Source: an uncultured Nitrospirales bacterium
Lineage (GTDB): Bacteria > Nitrospirota > Nitrospiria > Nitrospirales > NS-4
Assembly: GCA_964472655.1 (NCBI GenBank)
Contig: CAYYLQ010000011.1
Span: 11,227-75,226, forward strand
DNA length: 64,000 bases
Direction of reading: 5' to 3'
The stretch's first letter is position 1; every line of letters begins with the position of its first letter. The position numbers were made by a program, and so were the translations under genes. Of this stretch, positions 7,760-18,702 are shown in pieces. The notes beneath the pieces are model-generated. The model was given only the letters and a program-made list of their open reading frames with translations. It was not told the DNA's origin and searched no databases.

Positions 7760-9649
7760 ATGGAAGAAAAAGTCGACAGCTTCCAAAAGGTCACCGCGGT
7801 CTTTCATCCATCGGCTGAAACGCTCGACAAGGCCTGGATCAAGGACTACGACAAGGCCTATGCGGCGTCCATCAAGGACGTCCCTGGGTTCTGGGAGAAG
7901 GCGGCGCAGGAACTGGAATGGTTTTCGCCGTGGACGCAGGTCCTTCAGTGGGACTATCCCTGGGCCAAGTGGTTCCTCGGCGCCAAGTGCAACATCACAC
8001 ACAACTGCCTGGACCGGCACTGCAAGACCTGGCGCAGGAACAAGGCGGCCCTGATCTGGGTCGGCGAGAACGACCGCGAGCGCATCTTCACCTACGGCGA
8101 GTTGTACCGACAAGTCTGCCGCTGCGCCAATGCCCTGAAGGCTCTGGGCATCCGCAAAGGCGACCGGGTGGCCATCTACCTCCCCAAGATTCCCGAGCAG
8201 ACCGTAGCCATGCTGGCTTGCGCCCGCATCGGCGCCATCCATACCGTCGTCTATTCCGGATTCAGCGCGCCCGCGCTGGCCAGCCGGATTGATGACAGCC
8301 GGCCCCGGGTGATCATCACGGCCGACGTCGGCTATGATCGCGGGAAAGTCGTGCCCCTCAAGCCGGTCGTGGATGAGGCCGTCGCAAACTCCTCCTCCAT
8401 TGAGACGGTCGTCGTCGTGCGGCGTCAGAAACCCGGTGTCGCGCTGGCCGGCCCCAAAGAGATCGATTGGAACGACTGGCTGAAGGGTCAAAAGGCGGTC
8501 TGCCCTTCCGAGGTGATGGACGCCGAGGACCCGCTCTATTTCCTCTATACGTCCGGCACGACAGGTAAACCCAAGGGCGTCCAACACGTGCACGGCGGCT
8601 ACATGGTCGGCACGTACCTGACGACGAAACTCGTCTTCGACCTCAAGGACGACGACGTCTACTTCTGCGTGGCCGATCCAGGCTGGGTCACAGGGCACAG
8701 TTATATCGTCTATGGGCCGCTGCTGAACGGCGCGACGGTCTTAATGGCGGAAGGCAAGCCCGATTATCCCAATCCAGGCCGCTGGTGGGATCTGATCGAG
8801 CGCTATGGTGTCAATGTCTTCTACACCACTCCGACGGCGATCCGCCTCCTGATGAAATACGGGGAAGAGTGGCCCAAGAAGTATGACCTGGGCAGCCTGC
8901 GCATCCTGGGATCGGTCGGCGAGCCGATCAATCCGGAAGCCTGGCTGTGGTTCCATCGCGTCACCGGCGGCAAGCTCCCGATCATGGACACCTGGTGGCA
9001 GACCGAAACCGGCGCGATTCTCGTCACGCCTCTCCCCTGCACCAAGCTCAAGCCAGGGTCGGCGGCCAGGCCCTTTCTCGGCATCGAAGCCGACGTGGTG
9101 GACCGGGAAGGCAAACCGCTCCCCCCTAATGCCGGAGGCTTCGCAGTGATCAAGAAGCCCTGGCCCTCCATGATGCGGACGATCTACAAGGACCCGGATC
9201 GGTACAAGGTCTACTGGAACACCATCCCCGGATGCTACACGGCGGGGGACGTGTGCCGGAAGGACGAGGACGGCTACTTCTTTTTCATGGGCCGGGCCGA
9301 CGACGTGATCAAGGTCGCCGGCAACCGGATCGGGACGGCCGAAGTCGAAAGTGCCCTGGTCAGCCACCAGGCGGTGGCCGAAGCGGCCGTCATCGGCAAG
9401 CCCCACAAAACGGCCGGAGAATCCATCAAGGCTTTCATAATTTTAAAGCAAAACTTTAAAGAATCGCATGAACTCATCCAACAATTAAAGGATCATGTCA
9501 AGCACGAGCTTGGTAAGATCGCCGTCCCACAGGAGATTGAGATCGTTTCCAGCCTCCCCAAGACCCGCTCGGGCAAGATCATGCGCCGGGTGCTTAAGGC
9601 CAAGGAACTCGGCCAGAACCCCGGCGACATCTCGACACTGGAAGATTAA
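7760..9649 (+). CDS. acs: Acetyl-CoA synthetase (AMP-forming)
   Basis: 629 aa. AMP-binding signature YTSGTTGKPKG. N-terminal FWEKAAQELEWF..CNITHNCLDRH. C-terminal PKTRSGKIMRR. Confidence 0.9.
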   Translation: MEEKVDSFQKVTAVFHPSAETLDKAWIKDYDKAYAASIKDVPGFWEKAAQELEWFSPWTQVLQWDYPWAKWFLGAKCNITHNCLDRHCKTWRRNKAALIWVGENDRERIFTYGELYRQVCRCANALKALGIRKGDRVAIYLPKIPEQTVAMLACARIGAIHTVVYSGFSAPALASRIDDSRPRVIITADVGYDRGKVVPLKPVVDEAVANSSSIETVVVVRRQKPGVALAGPKEIDWNDWLKGQKAVCPSEVMDAEDPLYFLYTSGTTGKPKGVQHVHGGYMVGTYLTTKLVFDLKDDDVYFCVADPGWVTGHSYIVYGPLLNGATVLMAEGKPDYPNPGRWWDLIERYGVNVFYTTPTAIRLLMKYGEEWPKKYDLGSLRILGSVGEPINPEAWLWFHRVTGGKLPIMDTWWQTETGAILVTPLPCTKLKPGSAARPFLGIEADVVDREGKPLPPNAGGFAVIKKPWPSMMRTIYKDPDRYKVYWNTIPGCYTAGDVCRKDEDGYFFFMGRADDVIKVAGNRIGTAEVESALVSHQAVAEAAVIGKPHKTAGESIKAFIILKQNFKESHELIQQLKDHVKHELGKIAVPQEIEIVSSLPKTRSGKIMRRVLKAKELGQNPGDISTLED

Positions 9650-9652
9650 ACG

Positions 9653-10501
9653 TTACTGCTTTACGCGTTTGAGCGTAATGAGGGCGATTTCCGGCCGACA
9701 GAGGAACCGGATGGGCAGGATGCTCGTCCCCACCCCCCGTGTCACGTACATCTGCGCGTTAATCCCGTAAAACCAGCCGGAATCGTAGCCCTCGCTGCCG
9801 GCCGGCAGCCAGAGTGCGCCGAAGCCCGGCAGGCGAACCTGTCCCCCATGGGTATGCCCGGCCAGCACCAGATCGAACCTGGTGAGGTCGGCCTTCATGA
9901 ACATTTGCGGAGCATGCGTCAGCAGGATCGCAAACGGCGTCCGCTGCGTGCCGCGTAACGCGTCGCCTAGATTGTCAGAGCCGGTGAAGGGATCGTCCAC
10001 CCCGACCATCGTCAGAGTATCCAGCTTTGTCCCGATCCGGCCCCATTCGTTGACGAGCAGAGCGACACCAGCGTCGGAAAAGAATTTCCGGACCGCCTTG
10101 TCGCTTGCAGCGGGAGGATACCAATGATCGTGATTGCCGAGCACCGCCCAGATACCAAAGGCGGGCTTCTGCTGGCGAAGGTCCTCGAGAAAACGGCGGA
10201 TCGCGGACGGATCGCTCCCCTCCAGCGTGAAGTCGCCCGTGACGGCGATCACGCCGGGCTTGGCCTCGGCCAGCTTTTCCAGCGCGCGCCGCTCGCGGGC
10301 ACCATACCCACGCATGTGCAGGTCCGACAGATGCGCCACGACCAGACCGTCGAATTCCTCTGGTAGGTTCTTGAACCAGGCCTCGTGCCTGGTAACCTCG
10401 ATCCAGTTCGGCTCGATGACCCAGACGTAAAGCAGGAGCAGTTGGAAGACGGCCAGGGAGATGACGAATCTATAGCTGATCCGCGAGGAGAACGCTGTCA
10501 C
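9653..10501 (-). CDS. Membrane-anchored metallophosphoesterase (calcineurin-like, YkuE-type)
   Basis: N-terminal TM segment, then motifs HLSDLH, GDFT, GNHD, GHTHGG. Convergent with acs, with only 3 nt between the stops. Confidence 0.8.
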   Translation of the reverse strand: MTAFSSRISYRFVISLAVFQLLLLYVWVIEPNWIEVTRHEAWFKNLPEEFDGLVVAHLSDLHMRGYGARERRALEKLAEAKPGVIAVTGDFTLEGSDPSAIRRFLEDLRQQKPAFGIWAVLGNHDHWYPPAASDKAVRKFFSDAGVALLVNEWGRIGTKLDTLTMVGVDDPFTGSDNLGDALRGTQRTPFAILLTHAPQMFMKADLTRFDLVLAGHTHGGQVRLPGFGALWLPAGSEGYDSGWFYGINAQMYVTRGVGTSILPIRFLCRPEIALITLKRVKQ

Positions 10502-11922
10502 GGATGGTCAAAGAGACCCAACTGCATCTCCTCGGCTTTGGTGAAGGGAATCGGATAGTTTTCCGTGAAACAGGCGTTGCAGTACCGCTCCCCGTCGCCG
10601 GGCGCAGCGGCCAGAAGCCCTTCCAGGCTCAGGTAGGCGAGCGAATCGGCGGTGATGTACTTGCGGATCTCCTCGATCGTATGCGTCGCGCCGATCAGTT
10701 CCTTTTTGGTCGGGGTATCGATCCCGTAGAAGCAGGGCGACAGGACCGGCGGCGAGGAAATCCGCATGTGCACTTCCTTCGCCCCCGCGTGGCGGAGCAT
10801 TTTCACGATCTTACGGCTCGTCGTGCCGCGTACGATGGAATCGTCCACCACGACCACCCGCTTGCCGTCTAGGACCTCCGGCACGGCATTCAGCTTGACC
10901 TTGACTCCAAAGTGGCGGATGCGTTGCTCGGGCTCGATAAAGGTCCGGCCCACGTAATGGTTGCGGATCAGGCCCTGTTCGAAGGGGATATGCGCCGCTT
11001 CGGCGTAGCCGAGCGCGGCCGGTACACCGGAGTCCGGGACTGCGATGACCATGTCGGCCGGCACCTGGGACTCCTTTGCCAATTGGCGGCCCAGCGCCCG
11101 CCGGGCTGAATAGACGTTGCTCCCGTAGATCTTACTGTCAGGGCGGGCGAAGTAAATATGCTCGAAGATGCACATCGCCGGTTTGACCTTGGGGAAGGGA
11201 TGAAAGGACTGAAGACCCTTCTCGTCCACGTAGATCAACTCGCCCGGCTCGATATCGCGGACTGTCTCGGCGCCGATGAGATCAAAAGCGCAGGTTTCGG
11301 ACGCCACGACCCAGGCGTCCTTGACTCTGCCCAGGCACAACGGCCGGAAGCCCCACGGGTCGCGCGCCGCCACCATGCCGTTATCCGTCAGCAGCGTGAT
11401 CGAGAACGCCCCGCGCACCTGGTGCAGCGCGTCGAAAATCCGGTCCAGCAAAAGGCTCTGGCGGGATTGCGCAATGAGATGGACGATCACTTCGCTGTCG
11501 GTCGTGGACTGGAAGATCGCGCCGTAGGCTTCGAGCTCATTGCGGAGCATCTGCGCGTTGATCAGGTTGCCGTTGTGGGCCAGGGCCAGGTTGCCGAAGG
11601 CGAAGTTGACGACGAGCGGCTGGGCGTTCTTGAGATCGCTGGAGCCGGCCGTGGAGTACCGGTTATGCCCGATCGCCGAACGGCCGGGCAGACGCTTCAG
11701 TCGGTCCTTGGTAAAGACGTCGGCCACCAGCCCCATGGCTTTTTCCACGTGGAACTGGGCGCCGTCGTTGGAGACGATGCCAGAGCTTTCCTGGCCGCGA
11801 TGCTGGAGGGCGTAAAGACCAAGATAGGTGAGGTTGGCCGCCTCCTTGTGCCCGTGCACGCCGAAGACAGCGCACTCATCGTGGAACTTGTCGGGAGTGA
11901 TCAGGGTGCTGATCCCGCTCAT
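10498..11922 (-). CDS. purF: Amidophosphoribosyltransferase
   Basis: 474 aa with the N-terminal catalytic Cys context ECAVFGV. GATase-II plus PRTase domains ([13 protein letters not shown]). Confidence 0.95.
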   Translation of the reverse strand: MSGISTLITPDKFHDECAVFGVHGHKEAANLTYLGLYALQHRGQESSGIVSNDGAQFHVEKAMGLVADVFTKDRLKRLPGRSAIGHNRYSTAGSSDLKNAQPLVVNFAFGNLALAHNGNLINAQMLRNELEAYGAIFQSTTDSEVIVHLIAQSRQSLLLDRIFDALHQVRGAFSITLLTDNGMVAARDPWGFRPLCLGRVKDAWVVASETCAFDLIGAETVRDIEPGELIYVDEKGLQSFHPFPKVKPAMCIFEHIYFARPDSKIYGSNVYSARRALGRQLAKESQVPADMVIAVPDSGVPAALGYAEAAHIPFEQGLIRNHYVGRTFIEPEQRIRHFGVKVKLNAVPEVLDGKRVVVVDDSIVRGTTSRKIVKMLRHAGAKEVHMRISSPPVLSPCFYGIDTPTKKELIGATHTIEEIRKYITADSLAYLSLEGLLAAAPGDGERYCNACFTENYPIPFTKAEEMQLGLFDHP

Positions 11923-14177
11923 GCTGGTCCTTGTTCAGCCTCCCGAGGAGATTCTATGGCCGACCGGAGGGCTCCTCGCCAGATTATATCAAGATCACGG
12001 CACGGACGCTCAATCCACACGTTCGCCCGGCCTCGATCGTCGCGGATGGATACCGTCAGCTTTCGCCCCCCGACGAATCCCAGCACCGACAGCGGGACTG
12101 TGAACTGGGCGGCCAGCGCTTTCACGGCATCGAGATCCCCGGATTTCACGGACAGGATAATGCGGGACTGGGACTCGCCGAACAGGAGGCTGTCCCTGCG
12201 GAGGCCCTTGGCGTCGAGCGTGACTTCCGCCCCCAGCGGGCCGGTCGGCGCGGACATGCAACATTCGGCGAGCGCGACAGCCAAGCCTCCTTCCGAACAG
12301 TCATGCGCAGATTGGACGAGCCCCTGCTCGATCGCCTTCAATGCGAGAGCTTGCAGCGCAACCTCCCGATCGAGATTGAGCACGGGGGGCGTTCCCTGCT
12401 CCCGGTGGTGGACGGTTCGCAGATACTCCGTCCCCCCGAGGTCCTCACCGGTCTCCCCCAGCAGCACAACCGCGTCGCCCTCGGCCTTGAACCCCTGCGA
12501 AACGGCATGGGCGACATTCTCGATCAGTCCGACCATCCCGATGATCGGGGTCGGATAGATGGACAACCCGCGGGTTTCATTATAGAAGCTTACATTCCCG
12601 CTCACCACCGGAATCTTTAAGGCGTTGCAGGCGTCGGCAATTCCCTCGACGGCGAGGATGAACTGCCACATGATGTCCGGGCGCTCCGGGTTGCCGAAAT
12701 TGAGGCAATCGGTCAGGGCCAGAGGGCGGGCGCCGGAGCAGACGAGATTGCGCGCGGCTTCGGCGACGGCGATGCCCGCGCCGATGTATGGATTGAGCAG
12801 GCAGTACAGACTGTTGCAGTCCGCCGTCACGGCCAAGGCCCTGTCCGTTCCCTTGATCCGCAGGACTGCCGCGTCCGATCCCGGTCTGAGCAGGGTGTTG
12901 GTCTGGACCATGTGGTCATACTGCTCAAAGACCCAGCCTTTGTGGGCGATCGTGGGAGAAGCCAGGAGCGTGTCGAGCACGGCATGGCAATCTTTCGGCT
13001 CGGGGACCAGCTCGAACGGCAGGGACTGCAAGTGATCCTGATACGGAGGCGCCGCTGCCGGCCGCTCGTACTTGGGCGCATCGTCCGCCAGCGCGCGCGC
13101 GGGGACTTCGGCCACAACGCCGCCCTTGTCTTTGACCCGGAGAAACCCGTCTCCCGTGACACGGCCGACGACGGCGGCATCCACGTCCCACTTCTTGCAA
13201 ATGTCCAGCACCTCCCCTTCCCGTCCGGGCTTCGCCACGAGCAGCATCCGTTCCTGCGATTCCGAGAGCAGCACCTCGTACGGCGTCATACTCGGCTCGC
13301 GTCGCGGCACGTTGGTCAGTTCCAGCTCGATGCCGGTGCCGGCGCGCGACGCCATCTCGCAAGAGGAACTGGTCAACCCGGCGGCGCCCATGTCCTGGAT
13401 GCCGACCAGGACATCTTTCTCCATGAGCTCGAGGCACGCTTCCAACAGAAGCTTTTCGGTGAACGGATCGCCCACCTGTACGGTCGGCCGTTTGGATTCC
13501 GATCCTTCATCGAAGGCATCTGAAGCCATCGTCGCGCCATGGATGCCGTCGCGGCCCGTTTTGGACCCGATGTAGAGCACCGGGTTGCCGACGCCGGAGG
13601 CGCGTCCGCGGAAGATCCGGTCCTTTCGGGCAATGCCGAGGCACAAAGCGTTCACGAGCGGGTTGTGGTTGTAAATCTCGTTGAAATAGACTTCGCCGCC
13701 GACCGTCGGCACACCCATGCAGTTGCCGTAGCCGGCGATGCCGGCGACCACCCCACTGAAGAGGTAGCGGTTTTTCGGATTACTCAGTGGGCCGAACCGC
13801 AGAGAATCCAGCAGAGCAATCGGCCGCGCGCCCATCGTAAAGATGTCGCGAAGAATGCCCCCGACGCCGGTCGCCGCGCCTTGGTAGGGCTCAATGAACG
13901 AGGGATGGTTGTGGCTCTCCATCTTGAAGACCGCGACGAGGCCGTCCCCGATGTCTACCACGCCGGCGTTCTCGCCGGGTCCCTGGACGACCTGCGGGCC
14001 TTCCGTGGGGAGCTTCTTGAGGAAAGTCCGGGAACTTTTGTAGGAGCAATGCTCGCTCCACATCACCGAAAACATCCCGAGCTCGGTCAAGTTCGGCTCC
14101 CGTCCCAGGATGGAGGCGATCTTCCCGTACTCCTCCTCCGTCAACCCATGCTGGGCAATGAGGTCTTTTGCGATCAT
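11919..14177 (-). CDS. purL: Phosphoribosylformylglycinamidine synthase subunit PurL
   Basis: 752 aa. N-terminus [29 protein letters not shown]. The stop overlaps the purF start. Confidence 0.95.
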   Translation of the reverse strand: MIAKDLIAQHGLTEEEYGKIASILGREPNLTELGMFSVMWSEHCSYKSSRTFLKKLPTEGPQVVQGPGENAGVVDIGDGLVAVFKMESHNHPSFIEPYQGAATGVGGILRDIFTMGARPIALLDSLRFGPLSNPKNRYLFSGVVAGIAGYGNCMGVPTVGGEVYFNEIYNHNPLVNALCLGIARKDRIFRGRASGVGNPVLYIGSKTGRDGIHGATMASDAFDEGSESKRPTVQVGDPFTEKLLLEACLELMEKDVLVGIQDMGAAGLTSSSCEMASRAGTGIELELTNVPRREPSMTPYEVLLSESQERMLLVAKPGREGEVLDICKKWDVDAAVVGRVTGDGFLRVKDKGGVVAEVPARALADDAPKYERPAAAPPYQDHLQSLPFELVPEPKDCHAVLDTLLASPTIAHKGWVFEQYDHMVQTNTLLRPGSDAAVLRIKGTDRALAVTADCNSLYCLLNPYIGAGIAVAEAARNLVCSGARPLALTDCLNFGNPERPDIMWQFILAVEGIADACNALKIPVVSGNVSFYNETRGLSIYPTPIIGMVGLIENVAHAVSQGFKAEGDAVVLLGETGEDLGGTEYLRTVHHREQGTPPVLNLDREVALQALALKAIEQGLVQSAHDCSEGGLAVALAECCMSAPTGPLGAEVTLDAKGLRRDSLLFGESQSRIILSVKSGDLDAVKALAAQFTVPLSVLGFVGGRKLTVSIRDDRGRANVWIERPCRDLDIIWRGALRSAIESPREAEQGPA

Positions 14178-14918
14178 CTACGACGCCATGACCGGCTTTG
14201 GGGAGAACCGCCCGCTCTTGATGGAGTCGAGCACCGACAGTAGGATCAGGCGGCCGTCTTCGTTGCCGAGGAGCATTTCGGCGGAGCGCTCCGGATGCGG
14301 CATCAGGCCGAGCACGTTGCCGGCGGCGTTCGTGATGCCGGCAACGTTGTCGAGTGCGCCGTTGGGATTGGCTTCTGGGGTAACTGTACCGCCGGATGTG
14401 CAATAGCGAAGGAGGACCTGTTTGTTTGCGTTGAGTTTGGAGAGCGTACCCTGGTCTGTGTAATAGTTCCCTTCGGCGTGGGCGATGGGCAGGGTCAAGA
14501 CCTGGCTTGGCCGGCAGCGGCTGGTGAACGGTGTTGCGGAATTTTCGACCCGCACATGGACGTCTCGGCAGATAAAAGAAAGCGATCGGTTGCGCAGCAT
14601 GGCGCCCGGCAAAAGCCCCGCCTCCAGCAAAATCTGGAACCCGTTGCAGATGCCGAGCACCAATCCCCCGGCCTCGGCGAACGTGGTCACGGCCGCCATG
14701 ACAGGTGAGAACCGGGCGATCGCGCCGGTGCGGAGATAGTCGCCGTAGGAAAACCCGCCGGGAATGATGACGGCGTCCACTTGCGGGAGGGTCGTTTCCT
14801 TGTGCCAGACGAACTCAGCCTTGGCGCCCATGACCTGCGTGACCGCGTGATGACAATCGCGGTCACAGTTGGAGCCCGGAAAGACGAGTACCCCAATGCG
14901 ATAGGGCGAGTCAGCCAA
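14178..14918 (-). CDS. purQ: Phosphoribosylformylglycinamidine synthase glutaminase subunit PurQ
   Basis: 246 aa with a class-I glutamine amidotransferase pattern (GICNGFQ, MPHPER). Confidence 0.95.
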   Translation of the reverse strand: MADSPYRIGVLVFPGSNCDRDCHHAVTQVMGAKAEFVWHKETTLPQVDAVIIPGGFSYGDYLRTGAIARFSPVMAAVTTFAEAGGLVLGICNGFQILLEAGLLPGAMLRNRSLSFICRDVHVRVENSATPFTSRCRPSQVLTLPIAHAEGNYYTDQGTLSKLNANKQVLLRYCTSGGTVTPEANPNGALDNVAGITNAAGNVLGLMPHPERSAEMLLGNEDGRLILLSVLDSIKSGRFSPKPVMAS

Positions 14919-14919
14919 G

Positions 14920-15162
14920 TCAGTCCACCAGCTCGATCCGGTAGTCCTCGATAATCGTGTTGGCCAGAAGCCGCTCGCACATGGCCTTCACCTCGGCCTC
15001 GGCGCCCGCCCGATCGTTCGTGGCCATATCAAGCTCGATCAGCTTGCCCATCCGTACGTCCTTCACTCCGGTATAGCCGAGCGAACCCAATGCGTGGAGG
15101 ACGGCCTGTCCCTGGGGATCCAGAATGCCGCGCTTCAGGGTGACAGAGACTTTCGCCTTCAC
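14920..15162 (-). CDS. purS: Phosphoribosylformylglycinamidine synthase subunit PurS
   Basis: 80 aa, typical PurS size and position between purB and pur[13 protein letters not shown] motif. Confidence 0.9.
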   Translation of the reverse strand: MKAKVSVTLKRGILDPQGQAVLHALGSLGYTGVKDVRMGKLIELDMATNDRAGAEAEVKAMCERLLANTIIEDYRIELVD

Positions 15163-16493
15163 GAATGCGTTCGCCCTCTTTTCACCCGGGGCGCGCCGCT
15201 TGCGCCGAAGACCCGCTTGAAGATCGCCGGCACGTGCCGGGTGTAGGCTTTGGGATCGAAACAGGCGCCGATGGCGCCGGTCGTCAGGTGCCGGGTGACA
15301 AACGGGTCCTTTTCGACCAAGTCCCGGAACGGCGTCCTCCCCTGCCAGGCTGCCATTGCCAGGCGCTGCACGGCTTCGTACGCCTGGACACGCGGAGCCC
15401 CTTCCCTGACCAGTTCCAGCATCAGGCGCTGGGAGTAAATGAGTCCGCCGGTCAGTTCGATGTTCCGCCGCATCCGGTCCGGATAGACGACCAACTTCGC
15501 CATGAGATCGGTAAACCGGGCCAGCATGAAATCGATCAGGATCGTGCTGTCCGGAATGATCACACGCTCGACCGAGGAATGGCTGATGTCGCGCTCATGC
15601 CAGAGGGCGATGTTCTCCATCGCCGCCAGGCTGTTCGCGCGGACCAGACGGGCGAGGCCGCAGAGATTCTCAGACACGATCGGGTTCCGCTTGTGCGGCA
15701 TCGCGGAGGAACCCTTCTGTCCCGGCGTGAACGGCTCCTCGGCTTCCAGCACTTCCGTCCGCTGGAGATGGCGGATCTCCGTGGCGAACTTCTCGATGCT
15801 GCTCGCCAGGAGGGCCAGCGCCGTCAGGTACGCGGCGTGGCGGTCGCGCTGGACGATCTGATTGGAGGCCGGCGCCACGCCAAGCCCCAGCTTCTTACAG
15901 ACATAGGCTTCGACATCCGGTGCAAGGTGCGCGAACGTTCCCATGGCCCCGGAGATCTTGCCGCAGGCGATCGTCGCGCGCGCGGCACGGAACCGGTCGC
16001 GGTGGCGCTTCGTCTCGTCATACCAGATCGCCAGCTTGGCTCCGAACGTAATGGGCTCACCGTGGATGCCGTGGGAGCGGCCGATCATGAGCGTGTCGCG
16101 GTGCTCCCAGGCGCGTACGTGCAGCACGGTGAGCAGGCGCTCAATGTCTTCCAGGATCGCGTCCGCCGCCTCGACCATCAGGACCGCCAGCGAGGTGTCG
16201 AGAATGTCGGAGGAGGTCAGCCCCATGTGTAGGTACCGGGCCGACGGCCCAACCTGTTCCGAAATCGACTCGATGAAGGCAATAACGTCGTGTTTGGTCA
16301 CCCGCTCCAGTTCGTCGATGCGGGCCGGATTGACGCGCGCCTTGGCCCGGATCTGCCGGACGGCGGAAGCAGGCACCAGCCCCTTTTTCGCCAGGGCGTT
16401 GCAGGCAAGGAGTTCCACCTGGAGCCAGGTCTCGTATTTTCGCGTGGGTTCCCAGATGGCCCTGAGATGGGGCCTGGAGTAGCGGTCAATCAT
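15159..16493 (-). CDS. purB: Adenylosuccinate lyase
   Basis: The start was re-assigned to ATG 16493 (MIDRYSRP..), which overlaps the nusB end by 8 nt. Fumarate-lyase signature GSSAMPHKRNP. Confidence 0.9.
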   Translation of the reverse strand: MIDRYSRPHLRAIWEPTRKYETWLQVELLACNALAKKGLVPASAVRQIRAKARVNPARIDELERVTKHDVIAFIESISEQVGPSARYLHMGLTSSDILDTSLAVLMVEAADAILEDIERLLTVLHVRAWEHRDTLMIGRSHGIHGEPITFGAKLAIWYDETKRHRDRFRAARATIACGKISGAMGTFAHLAPDVEAYVCKKLGLGVAPASNQIVQRDRHAAYLTALALLASSIEKFATEIRHLQRTEVLEAEEPFTPGQKGSSAMPHKRNPIVSENLCGLARLVRANSLAAMENIALWHERDISHSSVERVIIPDSTILIDFMLARFTDLMAKLVVYPDRMRRNIELTGGLIYSQRLMLELVREGAPRVQAYEAVQRLAMAAWQGRTPFRDLVEKDPFVTRHLTTGAIGACFDPKAYTRHVPAIFKRVFGASGAPRVKRGRTHS

Positions 16494-16938
16494 GGGCCAC
16501 CGACGGCATCGCCTCCTTGGCCTTGGCTTGCAGGCGGGGATCGTCGCGGAGGATGTGGTCCAGGATGCCGTTGACGAACGCCCCGGATTGCTCGTCGCCG
16601 AACAGCTTGACGATGTCAATGGCTTCGTTCAGCGTGACGCGACCGGGGATGTCCGGCATGTACAGCAGCTCGTGCACCGCAACGCGCAAAACAGTGCGAT
16701 CGGTGATGGCCATACGGGACACGGTCCAGTGTTCCGCGCTATGGGCGATCAAACGATCCAACTCGTCGGCATGTTCAATCACACCGTCAATGAGTTGGTC
16801 GGCAAATGCCTTGACCTCAGGATGAACCTTGTTCTGTTCCCAGAAGTCATTCATCCATTCCGACGTGTCGTGGTGAACGTCCCACTGATAGAGGACTTGG
16901 ACGGCCAGTTCGCGTCCCTTGCGGCGGAAGCTCATCAC
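16486..16938 (-). CDS. nusB: Transcription antitermination factor NusB
   Basis: 150 aa with RELAVQVLYQ near the N-terminus. Sits in the classic ribH-nusB linkage. Confidence 0.9.
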   Translation of the reverse strand: MMSFRRKGRELAVQVLYQWDVHHDTSEWMNDFWEQNKVHPEVKAFADQLIDGVIEHADELDRLIAHSAEHWTVSRMAITDRTVLRVAVHELLYMPDIPGRVTLNEAIDIVKLFGDEQSGAFVNGILDHILRDDPRLQAKAKEAMPSVAHD

Positions 16939-17435
16939 ATCCTCTTGCGGGCGGCATGCCGCGCCGCCCCCGGAAGTTTTGCCAGCCGCTTCATGAGATT
17001 GGCCATTTCGATCGCCGTCACGGCCGCTTCGTAACCCCTGTTGGTTTTCCCCATTCCCGATCGGGCGTTCGCTTGCGCGTCGGTGTTCGTGGTCAGCACG
17101 CCGAAGATGACCGGCAGTCCAAAGTCGTAGGCCACTTGGGCGATCCCGTGGCTGACCTGGGCGCTGATGTAGTCGAAATGCGGCGTCTCTCCGCGGATGA
17201 CCGCACCGAGACAGATCAAAGCATCATAGCGGCGCGAGCGTGCCAGCTTGGACGCGACCAGCGGAATCTCGAACGCGCCCGGCACGGTGACCACATCGAT
17301 CGTCTCATCGCGGGCCCCGCTCATCCGCAAGGCGTCGAGCGCGCCTTCCAGGAGCCGCTTCGTGACGTCCTCGTTGAACCGGCTGCGGATGATCCCGAAT
17401 CGCAGTCCCGATGCCGCGCCCGCGCCTTCGATCAT
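16935..17435 (-). CDS. ribH: 6,7-dimethyl-8-ribityllumazine synthase
   Basis: Start re-assigned to ATG 17435 (MIEGAGAASGLRFGIIRSRFN). Also VPGAFEIP and LICLGAVIRGETPHFDY. GTG 17444 is an alternative start. Confidence 0.9.
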   Translation of the reverse strand: MIEGAGAASGLRFGIIRSRFNEDVTKRLLEGALDALRMSGARDETIDVVTVPGAFEIPLVASKLARSRRYDALICLGAVIRGETPHFDYISAQVSHGIAQVAYDFGLPVIFGVLTTNTDAQANARSGMGKTNRGYEAAVTAIEMANLMKRLAKLPGAARHAARKRM

Positions 17436-17445
17436 CGTGGGCACG

Positions 17446-18654
17446 TTAAACCTTGTCCAGGAGGTGACCCAGCTTGGCCTTCTTCGTCTGCAGGTAGCGA
17501 ATGTTCGTGGCCTGGGGCGGAACCTCAATCGGCACGCGCTCGACCACCTTGAGTCCGTACCCTTCCACGCCGACGATCTTTCTCGGGTTGTTGGTGATGA
17601 GCCGGATTTTGTGCAGCCCCAGCCCCACCAGAATCTGCGCGCCCACCCCGTAGTCGCGAAGGTCCGCCTTGAAGCCGAGCGCAAGGTTGGCTTCGACGGT
17701 ATCCTTCCCCTCGTCCTGGAGCTTGTAGGCGCGCAGCTTGTTTACGAGCCCGATGCCCCGTCCCTCCTGGTTCAGGTACAGCAGTACGCCCTGCCCAGCC
17801 TTTTCGATCATCTGCATCGCCCGATGGAGCTGCTCGCGGCAGTCGCAGCGGAGGGACCCGAGGACGTCCGACGTGAGGCACCCGGAGTGGACACGGACGA
17901 GCACCTCGTCGTTCAGCCTGATGGCGCCTTTGACCAGCGCCACATGGGCGCCGTGGTCGAGCTCGTTTTCGAAGACGTGCGCCGTGAACTCGCCGAAGAT
18001 CGTGGGTAGCTTGGCCTGCGCAATTTCGCGCACGAAAGTCTCCCGCTGCATGCGATACTCGATCAGGTCCTTGATCGTCACGAGCTTGAGACGGTGGCGT
18101 TGGGCGATCTCCTGCAGCTGCGGCACACGGGCCATGGTCCCGTCTTCGTTCATGATCTCGCAAAGCATCCCCGCCGGCAAAAGGCCCGCGAGCCTGGCCA
18201 GGTCCACCGAGCCTTCGGTCTGGCCAGCGCGTTTGAGGACGCCCCCTTTGTCGGCCCTGAGCGGAAAGATATGGCCGGGCTTGGCCAGGTCGGTCGGCTT
18301 GGTCTTGGGATCGATGGCGGTCTGGATCGTCACGGCCCGGTCCTTGGCCGAGATGCCGGTGGTGATTCCGCGACGCGCATCAATTGAGACCGTAAAGGCG
18401 GTGCCGAAGGCGGCCGTGTTTTCGGTAACCATCGGCGGCAATTGGAGTTCCTCCACGCGCTCGGGAGTCAGCGCGACACAAATGAGACCGCGCCCGTGGG
18501 TGGCCATGAAGTTGACGGCCTCGGGCGTGACCTTCTCGGCCGCCATGACGAAGTCGCCTTCGTTTTCGCGGTCTTCATCATCCACCAGGATGACCATGCG
18601 GCCCTTTTTAATGTCCGCGATCGCGCTTTGGATGGAATCGAACTTCATGGGCAA
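17446..18654 (-). CDS. ribBA: Bifunctional 3,4-dihydroxy-2-butanone-4-phosphate synthase / GTP cyclohydrolase II
   Basis: 402 aa. DHBP synthase half ([10 protein letters not shown]) and GCH-II half ([16 protein letters not shown]). Confidence 0.95.
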   Translation of the reverse strand: MPMKFDSIQSAIADIKKGRMVILVDDEDRENEGDFVMAAEKVTPEAVNFMATHGRGLICVALTPERVEELQLPPMVTENTAAFGTAFTVSIDARRGITTGISAKDRAVTIQTAIDPKTKPTDLAKPGHIFPLRADKGGVLKRAGQTEGSVDLARLAGLLPAGMLCEIMNEDGTMARVPQLQEIAQRHRLKLVTIKDLIEYRMQRETFVREIAQAKLPTIFGEFTAHVFENELDHGAHVALVKGAIRLNDEVLVRVHSGCLTSDVLGSLRCDCREQLHRAMQMIEKAGQGVLLYLNQEGRGIGLVNKLRAYKLQDEGKDTVEANLALGFKADLRDYGVGAQILVGLGLHKIRLITNNPRKIVGVEGYGLKVVERVPIEVPPQATNIRYLQTKKAKLGHLLDKV

Positions 18655-18702
18655 TAGTGTACTCTTTTTACGGCTGAAATTAAAGGGAGAAGCGTCCTCC
18701 CA

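Noticed and set aside
11158-12558. A long plus-strand ORF (466 aa) antisense to purF/purL.
   Set aside because: It is antisense to two unambiguous pur genes and has no recognisable domain.
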